Of a stretch of DNA of 64,000 bases, positions 12,600-26,999 are shown in pieces. Under the pieces are notes generated by a model that was not told the origin of the DNA, made no database searches, and was given only the letters and a program-made list of their open reading frames with translations. The first letter of the stretch is position 1; each line of letters starts with the position of its first letter. Source of the DNA: Octopus vulgaris (Eukaryota); the NCBI GenBank assembly GCA_951406725.2, contig OX597817.1, positions 61,132,001 through 61,196,000 of the forward strand. Reading direction: 5' to 3'. The position numbers and the translations under genes were made by a program.

Positions 12600-13100
12600 A
12601 ACGATAAACATCTCAAAAATAAATAGACACCATCATTTCTGAAAGGTTCATTCCGTTTTTCTTCTTTACGTAGTTTTTAGTCAAAGAAGAGGTTTCCTTG
12701 CAGCAGCTTTGCCAAAGAAGCGGAATTGATGGAGATGCCTCACAAAAGTACTTCCACTCACCTGGAGCTGCTCTGCAACATCAGCTGCCTTACAACGAGG
12801 ATTATGTTCAGCAATCCGCTTGAAGTATGAAGACACCTGTTAGAGGGCCCAGGTCGACCTGAGCGATGTGTGTGTGTGTGTGTCTGTGTGTGTGCGTGTG
12901 TGTGTGTGTGTGTGTGCGCGTGTGTGCGTGTGTGCTGCTGATTCCTTTTCTTTCATGGTGAATTGCATAACCACTCTGCTGACTGTGCAATCCAAGGTCT
13001 TGTGCAATCTTACGCTGGTTAAGTCCATTCTCGATTGACCTACAATATGCCTTCTTTGAAAATAAGACAACTCTTTTGCTTCAGGTGTTCTCAGCATTGC
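12600..13100 (-). pseudogene. Tc1-like transposase N-terminal (HTH) fragment
   Basis: KELSYFQRRHIVG...; ...FFGKAAARKPLL; interrupted by (CA)n. Confidence 0.6.
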
Positions 13101-14737
13101 TAGTTGCTCTAAACAATTAAAACACTATAATCTCGAATGAAAAATAATGCATTTACAAGTGTGAAACCGCAGGTATTGTCACGATTGGTGATGCTATCAA
13201 TTGCCCGCCCCCTCAAAACTGCAGCACTTAAGTCTAAATTAGAAACCATTATGATATTTGCTTGGTATCTAAGTGTAGGTTTCTTTATTTTTAAAATTGT
13301 TTGGTGTTTACCAATAAAATCTCTTCGAGATAAACTTTACTTCTGATGCTTTTGGTGTCATCAAAATAGTATTAATCCAGCCCAGTGAATTGGCTGGACA
13401 GTAACGGCGTGGGATTATGCCTTGTGTTATTTATTTTGTATATCAGCATTCCGAGTTCAAGTCCCACAATAGCCTACTGGGAGGTACACTTGCTTTAAGT
13501 TTAACCCTTGGCCTATCTAAAGAATTTCCAGAAATTTGTCCTAAACATCCATGGTTTCAGATTTGAAGTTAGCTCTTGTTTCATACGTCCCTTGTTACTC
13601 TGGTGGTTGTAAAACAATAGGAAAGTGTATCGTATATAATGCATGGATTCCAGGAGGAATATGTCCTATGTATCATCATATGTGATACACAAGACAGGTA
13701 AAGGATTAAAATCACCAATTTCCACCCTAGGTAACCTCAGCAGAATCCGCTTCGTGGCAAGCAGGTTTCCAATTAGAGCAAGACTAACTGACTTCATCTG
13801 ATCAACCTTGGAAGCACCAAGCGCTTGTTTCCTGAGTAAATTATTTAAAAAAATAGTGTAAAGAATTTGAATTTGCGTCAACTAAAACCACCTACTAGTT
13901 TGCATATACCAACTAGTCGGGTGGGGGGGGCGTACCTTTTGTACTAAGGTGAACCTTACACAGATCAATAAGCATCATTCAAATGATGACGAGGCAACAT
14001 TCAATGATTCATTGATCAGGGTATCAATTCTGTACTTTATATTGGTTTCTCTATTCTTTTGTTATTGCCGTTGTTATTGTTCTTGTTATTGTTTAATGCT
14101 GGCCAGTTTAGACACAGTAAAGATATGACTCACACGTCATCATTTAAATGTTTGTTAAGAAACCATTAAACCAGTATCATAGTCATTAATCCCCCATCAC
14201 ACACCCTGCTGCGTTCACTCCACTATCGTTAAAGTTTCAATCAATTTGCATGTCCTAGTTATCTCCCTTCTCCCATCTTCACTACTGATTATTCTTTCAT
14301 TATTATTAATCAATTTTGATCGATCAACACCTTCTTTTCTATTTCGGCCACAACAATCATGTTTTTTTTTAGATCCAACTGAATTATATGCCTTAGCATT
14401 TTCTGTTTTCTATTATTAGCCACAAGCATGGTTCTGTGGTTTAGAAGTTTGCTTTCCAACCAAGTGTTTCCGGGTTCTGTGCCATCGTGCTGCACTTCGA
14501 ACAAGTGTCTACATACATACAGGTGTGTATTTTATCTCCTACCACCGCTTGAAAAACGGTGTTGGTGTGTTTACATCCACGTACCTTAGTAGTTCGGCAG
14601 AAGTAGCAGGTCGATTCTTGTGGTTGATTCTTTCGACTAAAATTATTCGTTCGACGAAACTCAAGCTGTTGCCCCAGCTTGGCCGCTGTATAATTGTTGA
14701 AATAAGTAAAAATTAAAAGTTACAATGAAGAATGGTA

Positions 14738-15085
14738 AGGTGGCAAGCTGGTAGAATTGTTACCGCGCCGGACAAAATGTTTAGCAGCATTTCGTCCGTC
14801 TTTACGTTGTAAGTTCAAATTCTGCCAAGGTCGACTTTGCCATTCATTATTTCGAAATCGATAAACTAATTACCATTTATACATTGGAGTCGATTTAATC
14901 GATTACTAAAACTTGAAACTATTATTTGACGGACGGTGGACTAGAACAGTCGTTAGAGTGGCGCCGTATTTCTTCCTGCTCTTTAAGTCCTGAGTTCAAA
15001 TCTCAGTGAGATCCAGATTGCCTTTCATTCTTTCGGGTTCGATAAATTAACATGGTGATCAAGACCTGGGTTTCCATGGCATCGA
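14738..15085 (+). mobile_element. Two diverged Meta-like SINE copies
   Basis: Head and core similar to 34225-34442. Confidence 0.7.
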
Positions 15086-15369
15086 CGAAACCCGTCCTTA
15101 ATTGGGTTTTATGCCTATACTGGAAGCATTATAAATCGTCTTTACGGCAGCAAATATATTTTTAACATCTCTGAACATTCTGAATGGAAACCATACAGAT
15201 TTCGACATTGATTTAGGCTATTTGCTGCTGATGAGGCCCCTGTCAATAAACAGAGAGGGTTTAAATTGGTTGCACATCTACACTTAAATCTATAGCATTA
15301 AACTCTGGCTAGAGATCATAATGATTTCAAAAAATGATACGAGGTCAGTAAATTTAACTCGATTACATC

Positions 15370-15930
15370 GATGTTCCGCGCTCAACTGCTATTCGTTTTA
15401 TCGACTCCGAATTATTAAAAGGCAAAGTCGACCTCGATGGAATTTGAACTTTGAGCGTAAACAGCCGGAAGAAATGCCTCCCAACACTTTTGTCCGGTAT
15501 ATTATCGATTCTGCTGGCACGCTGTCTTTGATAATGATTTCAAAGCTACCGCTTGAGCAGGAATTTTATAGAGGTGAGTGTTAGTAGATCACATCGAGAC
15601 CGGGTTTAACTGGCACTTATCTTAATCAAACAGGAAACGATGAAACGATAAAAGTCAACCTCGGCGGAATTTGAACTCATAACATAATGAGTCGGATGAA
15701 ATAATGCAAAGTTCTTTTTTTTTCTTTTGGTTCTTGGACTTTCTGACTATTCGGTCAATTCGTTGCTTTTATGTAAGAGATAATAATTCTTTCTGTAATC
15801 GGCACAAAGCCTGAAAATTACATCGATCTCCAGGCAAAGTCGACCTTGGAAGAATTTGAACTCAGTACGTAAAGAGGGACTAAATACTGGTAAGCATTTT
15901 ACCAGGCGCGGTAATATTCTGCCAGCTCGT
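15370..15930 (-). mobile_element. Cluster of three diverged Meta-like SINE fragments
   Basis: Repeated (GGC)AAAGTC(G/A)ACCT..G.GGAATTTGAACT motif, the reverse complement of the SINE core. Confidence 0.65.
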
Positions 15931-16294
15931 CATCATTATGCTAGAGATAATAATGAGCTTAAAAACAAGAAATGATTATGCGAAGGATTTAGGAAGACAA
16001 AAGAATTTGAATGAAAGAATAATTTATGTATAACGAACCTACGAACCATTGTGTTGCGATGTTGGTTAGAGATAAACAAAGACTTACAGCCATTGAAGTC
16101 GATGTAAAATTTGAAACGATAAATAAAAGGCTGAAGATCAAAGACTGGTGATACGATATAATCCGTTCGTAATAGAGAAAGATATATATTATATATATAT
16201 ATATATATATAATATAATATAATATATATATATATACATATAATATAATATAATATATTTATATATATATATAATTATACACATACACACACGC

Positions 16295-16330
<36 letters not shown>

Positions 16331-16357
16331 ATATATATATATGCATATATATATATA

Positions 16358-16446
<89 letters not shown>

Positions 16447-17604
16447 TCGTTCGCGGGTGAGTTCTACCAACATGTCTCGGGAGTGGCCATGGGAACGCGA
16501 ATGGGCCCCAACTATGCGAACGTGTTCGTTGGCTGCGTTGAGGCCCAAATATTCTCTAGTTTTACTGCTCCCACTCCCGAACTATACGGTCGTTACATTG
16601 ACGACATTATCGGTGCCACCTCACTCTCCCGTGAACATCTAGATTCCTTCCTCTCTTTCGTTCAATCCTTCCATCCTGTTCTCCACTTCACCTCCACTAT
16701 CCCCAACACCTCTGTCTCCTTCCTCGACATTTCGGTCAGCATTCATCACTCCACTCTTATCACCTCCATTCACTACAAACACACAGACTCACACTTATAC
16801 CTAAACTTCTCTTCCTCCCACCCCAAACACACCAAGCTTTCCATCGCCTATTCCCAATACCTCCGTCTACGTAGGCTCTGTAGTGACGACCATGACTTTG
16901 AGACTCAGTCTCATGGCTCGCCACTTCATCCTACGTGGATACCCCTTCACCACTATCCACACCGTCCTTGCCAGAGTACGTTCCGTAGACCGTGCATCTG
17001 CTCTCTCCCCCCGAACCCGCCCTTGTAGTCTCCCGACTCCCTTTTCCCCTCACTTCCCACCCCACCACCCTACCTCTCCAATGCACCATTCTTCGAGCTT
17101 TCCGGCATCTCCAGTCCGACCCGTCCACTTCACACCTCTTCCCTAACCGACCCCTCCCTTCATTCAAACGAGCCCATAACGTATGAGACCTCTTGGTCCA
17201 CAGCTTCTTCCCTGACCCTACCTCCCAACCTGGCTCGTTCCCCTGCTCCCGCCCACGTTGCCGCACTTGCCCTTACCTCTCCAACCCCACCCTCCTCACT
17301 GGCACCCATCATCGACTCCTTCACCTGCACCTCCAGCAATATCATCTATTATATCTCCTGCTCTCTCTGCCATTCCCTGTACATCGGACAAATGGGACGC
17401 CGCTTGGCTGACCGGTTCGCGGAACACCTCCGAGACATCCACCTTGCCAATGACACACCTGTCTCACGCCATTTCCGCTCCACCGGTCACTCCTTGCAAC
17501 ACCTGTCTGTGTTCGGATTGTCCTTGCACAGAGGCCATCCAGGTTCCCGCTTGCGCCGTGAACAGGGATTAATCTTCTCTCTTCGCTCTTTTACGCCATT
17601 TGGT

Positions 17605-17680
17605 CTCAACTCTCCCCCCTTTTCATCTAACCTCCCCCTTTTCATCTAACCTCACCCCCTTTTAATCTAACCTCCCCCCG
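17605..17680 (+). repeat. ~20-nt tandem repeat (CTCCCCCCTTTTCATCTAAC) at the end of the PLE ORF
   Basis: Three to four units, read directly. Confidence 0.8.
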
Positions 17681-18384
17681 ACTCCTACTTCTCTTCAGTC
17701 CTTCATCTTTTCACCCCTACTCTCTTTCCCTCTTCTTCTTCTTCTTCCCTCTTCCCCTTCTCTCTCTCTGCTCCCTCACTCCCCTTCTCTCCCACTCCCC
17801 TCCCCTCCTCCTCTCCGTCTCCCCTCCTTTCCCACCCCTCCTCCTCTCCTCTCCTTCTCTTCCTCTCCTTCCTTCTCCTATCCCTCCTCCTCCCATCTCC
17901 CCTCATCCCCCCCTCCCCCCTCCTCCCCTCCTCTCTCTTCCCTCCTCTCTCTTCCCTCCTCTCTCCTCTCTTCTCTCCCCCTCTCACTCTCCCCACAACC
18001 CCCACTCTACCCCAACCCCAGCCGAACCCACACCCCACATGAGCTTTCCCCACTCTCACCCCCACCTCCCCACAACATCACACCACACTACACTACACCA
18101 TACGACATTACACATCACATCATACATACATACACACGCCCAGACCACCAGCCATCTTTCACACGCACCTACATACTCTCTTATACACACCGCACCTTCA
18201 TGTTGGGGCAAGTCACTTCACCCTGTTATCTCACCTACTATCTCTCTAGCGTTTAACGCCTGACCTCTGATGTCTGACCTCTGATCTCTGACTTCTGCCT
18301 GAAATCAGAACGCCATGTTGGATCGTTAGCTCCTACACGCATTTTTTTCTCTCCTTGTTTCTCTCCTTGTTTCTTTTCTGTGTA

Positions 18385-18422
18385 TCTTTCTGTTGAAGAG
18401 CGTAGGCTCGAAACGTAAAAGA
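18385..18422 (+). ncRNA. Minimal hammerhead-like motif in the pLTR (core variant CUGUUGAA)
   Basis: TCTTT-CTGTTGAA-GAGC gtag GCTC-GAAA-CG-TA-AAAGA; same motif at 37068-37106 (-). Confidence 0.6.
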
Positions 18423-18517
18423 CTTGTTTTATTTCTATTCCTGAGCGCCATACTAATACAATTGTTGTTTGTATTCCACCTGCCTTCGTCATTTGTTTAT
18501 TTTCGTAAATCTTCCCG

Positions 18518-18554
<37 letters not shown>

Positions 18555-18555
18555 C

Positions 18556-18730
<175 letters not shown>

Positions 18731-18764
18731 TATATGTATGTATATATATATATATATATATATA

Positions 18765-19455
<691 letters not shown>

Positions 19456-19463
19456 AATACATA

Positions 19464-19671
<208 letters not shown>

Positions 19672-20803
19672 TAGATAGATAGATAGATAGATAAAACTTA
19701 CTTGGAAAAGGATGCGTGGAGTTCGGTCATATAATAATATAAATAATATATAAATACATGCATATATACATACATATATGTACATACCTCCATCTATGTG
19801 TATATATACATGCATATATGGGTACAGGACACCAAAAAAAAACGTTGAACAAAATGAGAAACGAAAACATAAAAACAAAAACATGGAAACGAACTTTTTT
19901 TCAAACAGCGAAAAAACAGAGTACAAGACATACAACACAAGGTATATTCCCCTTCTTCAGTTGTCCCTGTTTTCATCTACTCCGCGTACACACACACACA
20001 CACACACACACACGCATATATATGTTTACCTGCATATATATATATATATACATACATATATATTATATATAGTATAAGTATGTGTATGTATATGCTATAC
20101 ATATATCCACACTCATATATAATTAGTTAGATGGTTAGAATGATAGATAAACACAAAGTGTTATGACTCATAAATATCCTGTAAACAGCGAATGTCTTTA
20201 TCTTCTTGAAAAACAAGAGAACGAAAATCAATATCTAGTCACGAAGTTATCAAATATTGATCAGGTTTCCTGAGTCTTATAGCTGTCATCAATAATCGAT
20301 TCCTACTCTTGGCAGCAGCAAAACATACACAAATGTAGTACGAAACAATAATAGGAACGAAGATAATCCGTGTATTAACTTGATAGATAAATCGGTCGCG
20401 AAAACCTGGAGGCGTTTAGAGTTGGTTGCAGTTGCGTGTGTTTCTATGCATTTGTGTAAGCATGAGTGCGAATACGTGCGCGTGTGCTCGTTTGTCAGTG
20501 TGTATGTTTGTTTATGTGTGTGTATTGTGATTATACTACTGTGCTTGCGTGAATTTGTTAATGCATGTAGATGTATGTTTGTGTATATATATAGAATCAT
20601 GTATATGATATGTGAGTGTGTGTATATATATATATATTTATTGATCGAAATGGGGAGTAGGCAGACAGCCGACAACTGACGAAGGGTCATCTTTGTATTC
20701 CTTGTATTACTTGTCTTGTTTTCCATTTTCTTGTTCTCGTTATTTGCGAATTTAATTCATTTGTTTCGTATTTCATGTGACATCCTGTACCCATATATGC
20801 ATG

Positions 20804-20854
<51 letters not shown>

Positions 20855-20879
20855 CACACAAACATATACAAATATATAT

Positions 20880-21050
20880 ACGACAGATTTATTTCAGCTT
20901 CCGTCAACCAAATCCACCCGCAAGGTTTAGGTTGGTTCGAGGCTATAGTAGAAAACACTCGCCCAAGATGGACTGAACGCAGTGGGACTGAACCCGGAAT
21001 CATGTGGTTGGTTAGCAAGCTACTTACCACACAGCCACTCCTGCGCCTAC
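20880..21050 (-). mobile_element. OK-like tRNA SINE head
   Basis: GGAGTGGCTGTGTGGTAAG (A box) ... GGTTCAGTCCC (B-box-like). Confidence 0.8.
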
Positions 21051-21654
21051 AATAATGTTTGTTTTTATGTTAAATCATATTTAGAAACAGTTTGACAAGA
21101 GTACTCAGTGCTTTTTATAGAGTACAATATCAATTTATTAAGGTAAGTGGAAAGGCTGAAAGTGGCTTCGAAGTTTCAACTCACCAGCCGTTGTTCGTCT
21201 GTATGCACTCATTCATGCACACAGTTATCCATCGATCCACCTACCCATCAATCAATCGATCCATCGATCCATCCATCCATCCATTCATCTCCCCATCCAT
21301 CAACCCATCCCGCCATTCATCAACATACATATTGACCCTAGTATTTGTGATGCCATCCCCGAACACCTCCATTCCGTGACTAAGTTATTGACATCAATCT
21401 TCAATGTGAGAATTATGCCGCGCTTACATTTCACGCTATAAAACTATTCACTGTTGTGCAACGCCCTAACACACAATTAATAGAGCCATTAGTCATTTCT
21501 TCATTACAACTGCTGCTTGGTTTAGTTCTGTGACACTCTACACTCGTCTCGTGTCCGGATGGCTTTTACCTGCTCTGACATGTTCATTACAAACAGTCAC
21601 AGGAGCCTAAAGACACGTCAGCATTTCTCTGTGGATCCCAATATGTTCGCACGT

Positions 21655-22095
21655 ATACATGTGTATGTATGTATGTATGTATGTATGTATGTATGTATGT
21701 ATGTATGTATGTATGTATGTATGTGTGTATGTATGTATGTGTGTATGTGTGTATGTGTGTATGTATGTACGTATGTGTGTATGTATGTATGTATGTATGT
21801 ATGTATGTATGTATGTACGTATGTGTGTATGTATGTATGTATGTGTGTATGTGTGTATGTATGTATGTATGTATGTATGTACGTATGTGTGTATGTATGT
21901 ATGTATGTGTGTATGTGTGTATGTGTGTATGTATGTATGTATGTATGTGTGTATGTATGTATGGATGGATGTATGGATGTATGGATGTATGTATGCATGT
22001 ATGTGTGTATGTATGTATGTATGTATGTATGTATGTATGTATGTATGTATGTGTGTGTATACGTATGTATGTATGTGTGTGTATGTGTGTATGCA
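21655..22095. repeat. (TATG)n compound microsatellite
   Basis: Direct reading. Confidence 0.97.
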
Positions 22096-22164
22096 TGAAT
22101 CTGTTTGTTGTTTACACACCCGTTTTCGTCTTTTTTCTTTTTTTTTGTAAATGCTCACTATATT

Positions 22165-22457
22165 GTATTGGCATCCTTTCTGTCTCGGGAGACAATGGAG
22201 TTGCGCATGAAGTAGTCTAGTCCAGCTTTTATATTTCATGTCCTGGTACATTTCCTGCTGTGGCTGTATAGTCCTATCCTGGACAAACACTCCCTCTGGC
22301 AGGTACCGCAAATGTAGCGAAGACTGTTCCTGGCTGGTTGTAGTGCCATAGTCTCTTGTTTACGTCTCTTCCTTTCTTTCCATTTCTCCTCTCTCTCTCT
22401 GTCACTCCTTTGTATTCCCTCTTTTACTGTACGTCGCCATTCTCCACGGTTAACATT
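22165..22457 (-). mobile_element. RTE/BovB-like LINE 3' end
   Basis: CGTCQRECLSRIGLYSHSRKC*, followed by the tail ATTGTCTCCCGAGACAGAAAGGATGCCAA. Confidence 0.8.
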
Positions 22458-22459
22458 AC

Positions 22460-22491
<32 letters not shown>

Positions 22492-22559
22492 CATATACAT
22501 ATATATCTACATGCATACATACATACACACATACATACATATATACATACATACATACG

Positions 22560-22730
22560 ATGTCCTTCCACACAGTGTTTCGATTTTCTAAATTCACTGA
22601 GGTGGAATTGACCGGGCGGGGGCTTTGGTAGAAGACATATGCCCAAATTACCGCGCAGTGGGAAGTGGGACGGAACCTGAGACCACTTGCTAGTAAAGCA
22701 AACTTCTTAACCACACAGCCATGCCTGTGT
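22560..22730 (-). mobile_element. OK-like tRNA SINE
   Basis: Similar to 20880-21050. Confidence 0.7.
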
Positions 22731-23636
22731 CTATATAGATACATAGCATTTACATTTTTAGTACATAGAGACGCATGTATACTCATACATATCTATAAAC
22801 ACATAGACGGACTCCAAGTTAAAACATATTCATTGTTCGAAAAAAACAACTCTATGTATACACATAGTCGTGTCGGTATGAAGTTCACCTTGTAATCACG
22901 TTGTTATAGTTTCAATTTCAACTCAGTTGTCCAGTAAAGTGTCTTCTAGATTAGCTTCGTGTTTACCTATTTATTTCACACTTTCTGATTGACGTTGTAT
23001 TGTGCATAAATAGTGTTTAACTAATGAAGAGCAGTCAAAAGTACAAACTAATTAATACTAAAATAAAATACATTATTGGACAACAAATTAAGCTGGCCAA
23101 TAATGTTCTGAAGGTATGATTATTTTATACAGTATTTGACCTGTGTTATTGTGTAGGGAAAACACCAGGTACAACATCTCTGAGGAGCGAGAAACTAATC
23201 TTGAAACTGTCAATCGGGAGATCGCTCTCTCCTTTTTCCCTTTCCGCCGGACATCAATGGCGGTTGAGGAATATGTTTATATACTTGTACTGCAGTGAGA
23301 TTTTCCGACATTTTAATGTATTTCAGTTCTGACTTACGATGTGCTCAGCACAAAATAGATACGATTTGTTTAATGAGCAGCCATAAAAGACACAGGTATG
23401 CAATCTAAGCTATGTAATTTTGTGCCAACATAATCCATACGTCCTCGATGAGGTAGCTAGTCTGTTCTAGTGGTCGAGGAAGGAAACTGGGTAACTCTTC
23501 TGTGAGGTACCGTCACAACGGTACCTCATAAAACGGTCCGGTAGGGAGATGCTCTTCCTCTTTATTTTCCGAACATCAATATTATAGAAAAATTTTGCTT
23601 ACATTCTTATTAACCTGAGTGAGGCTTTATAACACA

Positions 23637-23669
<33 letters not shown>

Positions 23670-24002
23670 CCATACATACATACGTACATGCAACCATGAA
23701 CACGCATGAACACGCACACAAGCACACACACCCTCACACACCTTAATATGGTGTTCCATTTAATATCAATGCCAATACTGACGTATTGCAATAAACCTTG
23801 TGTATCAATGAAACGTATTCGGATGATGGGGGTTCTGGTCAATGCTACGCTGTATTGATTGCTAATTGGCTATCGCAATAAAACTAGGTTAATTGTACTT
23901 TGGTCTGATGTCAGAGTGTGTTCACGTTTAATAATGGCCACCGACTGCTGTTCCACTTGGCGTCTTTCATTATTGCCTTCTCTTCGATTTCTCACGAAAA
24001 TA

Positions 24003-24033
<31 letters not shown>

Positions 24034-24430
24034 GTTGTTGTTGTTGTTGTTTTTGTTTTTGTTGTTGTTGTTGTCGTTGTTGCAGTTGTTCTTGTTTATG
24101 TCATCAACAACATTATTATGATCATCATCATGATCGTCGTCGTCGTCATAGTCAACGTGCAGTGTCTTGAGCAAGTGTTTTTCCCCCGCATATATATATA
24201 TAATAGAAATATTAAAATTACTAAGTCTCTCTAAAAGAGATCACGGCAGCGTTCCTGGAAAATAATAGTTATCGCCATACTAATATGGCATTCTTATAAA
24301 AATAGGAATAAAGCTGTCCGCTTATTAGCTCCATGAGGCCATCGCCTTAAGTTAGCTATTTGATACACAAACTGTATCCATATAACCTTCGAACAAGGGA
24401 GGTCAGTCGCTCCACACTACTTGATCGACA

Positions 24431-24470
24431 GCTACAGACGCGTTTCGGGGTATTGCCCCTTTTCAATGTA
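24431..24470 (-). ncRNA. Minimal type I hammerhead (U3-A8 core)
   Basis: TACA-TTGAAAA-GGGG caata CCCC-GAAA-CGCG-TC-TGTA. Confidence 0.75.
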
Positions 24471-24662
24471 TTTTTATAAGAATGCCATATTAGTATGGCG
24501 ATAACTATTATTTTCCAGGAACGCTGCCGTGATCTCTTTTAGAGAGACTTAGTAATTTTAATATTTCTATTATTGAAAACAAGTGGATGTATTCCACTGA
24601 AACTAGGTAAATAAAACCTTCGAACAGAGATTGTCAGAAGCGACACCTACTGGTCTGACTAC

Positions 24663-24705
24663 GCTACATTGAAAAGGAGCAATACCCCGAAACGCGTCTA
24701 GTAGC
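24663..24705 (+). ncRNA. Minimal type I hammerhead (U3-A8 core), second copy
   Basis: GCTACA-TTGAAAA-GGAG caata CCCC-GAAA-CGCG-TC-TAGTAGC. Confidence 0.7.
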
Positions 24706-24868
24706 TGTCGATCAAGTAGTGTGGAGCGACTGACCTCCCTTGTTCGAAGGTTATATGGATACAGTTTGTGTATCAAATAGCTAACTTAAGGCGATGGCCT
24801 CATGGAGCTAATAAGCGGACAGCTTTATTCTTATTTTTATAAGAATGCCATATTAGTATGGCGATAAC

Positions 24869-24924
<56 letters not shown>

Positions 24925-25174
24925 GTGTGTGTGTGAAGAAGAAAAGGAAGAAAAAAGTAAATGAAATCAAGAAAAAGTAAATAGATAAAACAAAAAGATT
25001 AATAGTAACTTAGAACAGTGGGAAGGGAGTTAAGTCCATCGAGAATAAAGAAATGGAATATTTTAGAGTGGTCAGTATTGTTGTGTTCTTGTCAAAAGAT
25101 AACCTGTGTGGTGTTTATTGATTTGAGGTCACCTATTCAGTTCTCACAGGCGGTATGGTGTACATACACACACG

Positions 25175-25224
<50 letters not shown>

Positions 25225-25251
25225 CATACACATATATATGTGTGTGTATAT

Positions 25252-25534
25252 ACCCTCCCCGGTACAAGTCCGGGCAAGGTTGTTTATGGAAGACCAGCAG
25301 TCGACCATGCATACCGGCCTCCCCTCTCCACGCCACCAGTGTTATTCAAGGGAAAGGCAAAGGCCGATACAGCTTGGCACCTGTGACGTCGCAGCTCATT
25401 TCTACAGCTGAGTGAACTGGAGCAACGTGAATTAAAGTGTCTTGCTCAAGAACACAACACGCAGCCCAGTCCGAGATTCGAACTCACAATTTCCCGATCG
25501 TAAGCTCGACGATCTAACCACTGAGCCATGCGCC

Positions 25535-25540
<6 letters not shown>
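25252..25540 (-). mobile_element. tRNA-derived SINE (OR-like family)
   Basis: GGCGCATGGCTCAGTGGTTAGA...GAGTTCGAATCTC head next to (CA)n. Confidence 0.8.
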
Positions 25541-25628
<88 letters not shown>

Positions 25629-26690
25629 CTTTATTTAAAAGCAGCAGAAATTTAACAAAAGCTGTTACTCGGAGTTTCACGTTCCCGTTTGTCGGACAGT
25701 TTTGTTAAAATAGAACCGAGATGACAATTCTATCAAGACTAGTATAAACGTTACACCTTTAAAAATGGATTTGTTTGATTGGTCCTTTCAAATAACGGTC
25801 ATTTGCGAGCGATAAACAAAAATAAACAAAACAAATAAATGAGTTCAATATAAAATATAAAATTATAAAAATCGAGGAAAAACCTTAAATCGAAGAATTG
25901 ATTCAAATACATATTGTCATTAATAATGTAGAAAATATAATTAATACATAAAAATTTTAATTAAAATATATCAAAATATTTCACAACAGTACATACTCAT
26001 ACTAAACCATTAATATACACGTATACATCAAAATACACAGATAGATATGCGCAGACCACAAACATATACAGACATATAAATGCAAAACGAAAATATACAC
26101 ACAATTTGGTTGCGTGTCTGCATGAGTTCAAAAGTTCGCTTCTTTGATTCAAAGAATTAATGTCTTGGAATAATATGAAATATTTTTCTAATAAGCAGAG
26201 ATCGCATTTAAAATTTCTTCCTGTGTGCCCCGTGCCTGTATGGTGCCGCTCTATCTAGAATTGCTCCATGATACGTTGAAAGGTCGGGTTTCTTTTTCTT
26301 TTAGTTCCCAGACATATTTCACCAGGCTGGTCTTCGTCTTATTTTCTGGGTATCGAAAGGAATTTTTGTGCGAATAAAATCGGGTTTTAAAAGAATTTTC
26401 CGAAGCCCCTGTATAAGTCTTATATTCAGATGAGCCTTCTATTTACACCTTGACTCCTTTTACCAAACATTTCCATTCCAGCGGACAGGAGGATCCATCT
26501 TTACAATTACATTTTTTAAGAGGATCGGCACTATGCATATTATCAATTAATTTCCTGTTGTGCTGGCTATACCGCAGTTCTTTTTGCTATATTTAAGATT
26601 ATATTATCTTTGCGCGTCCTTCCAACTATTTTCTATGTTTAAATTGTTTTCAAGTTTGCATTTATTTTTAGCGAGTTAAGCGAGATCTCT
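25629..26690 (-). mobile_element. Penelope-like element 3' remnant (Nematis-type GIY-YIG + pLTR)
   Basis: CNCKDGSSCPLEWKCL...YTGASENSFKTRFYSHKNSF...TSLVKYVWELK...CDLCLLEK. Hammerhead remnant CTGT-CCGACAA-ACG ggaa CGT-GAAA-CTCCGAG-TA-ACAG at 25662-25699. 3' end abuts (TA)n. Confidence 0.8.
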
Positions 26691-26714
26691 ATCTTCCCTT
26701 GTTTTGTTGAAGTG

Positions 26715-26735
26715 ATCCGGAAGTGTTGTTATTGT

Positions 26736-26801
<66 letters not shown>

Positions 26802-26817
26802 CAGCAGCAGCAGCAAC

Positions 26818-26873
<56 letters not shown>

Positions 26874-26921
26874 CAGCAGCAGTAGTAGTAGAGTAGCAGC
26901 AGCAGCAGCAGCAGCAGTAGC

Positions 26922-26972
<51 letters not shown>

Positions 26973-26982
26973 TCATAGTAGT
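26715..26982. repeat. (TAG)n/(CAG)n microsatellite
   Basis: Direct reading. Confidence 0.97.
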
Positions 26983-26999
26983 ACTCTATTTGCGTCAGG

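Larger units (their letters stand above)
16444..18519 (+). mobile_element. 5'-truncated Penelope-like element (Neptune-type RT + GIY-YIG, 3' pLTR) in (TA)n
   Basis: [29 protein letters not shown]; CSRPRCRTCP linker; NIIYYISC..C..LYIGQMGRRLADRFAEH; frameshifted; (TA)n on both sides. Confidence 0.93.
24201..24873. mobile_element. Retrozyme-like element: 363-nt hammerhead unit with terminal redundancy plus inverted partial copy, in (TA)n
   Basis: A ~42-nt direct repeat lies at 24469-24510 and 24832-24873. 24201-24470 is the reverse complement of the unit and reads across the unit junction. Confidence 0.75.

Noticed and set aside
15225-15275. CTGATGA followed by a hairpin
   Set aside because: GAAA is replaced by TAAA and no convincing stem I or III exists; at most a decayed motif.
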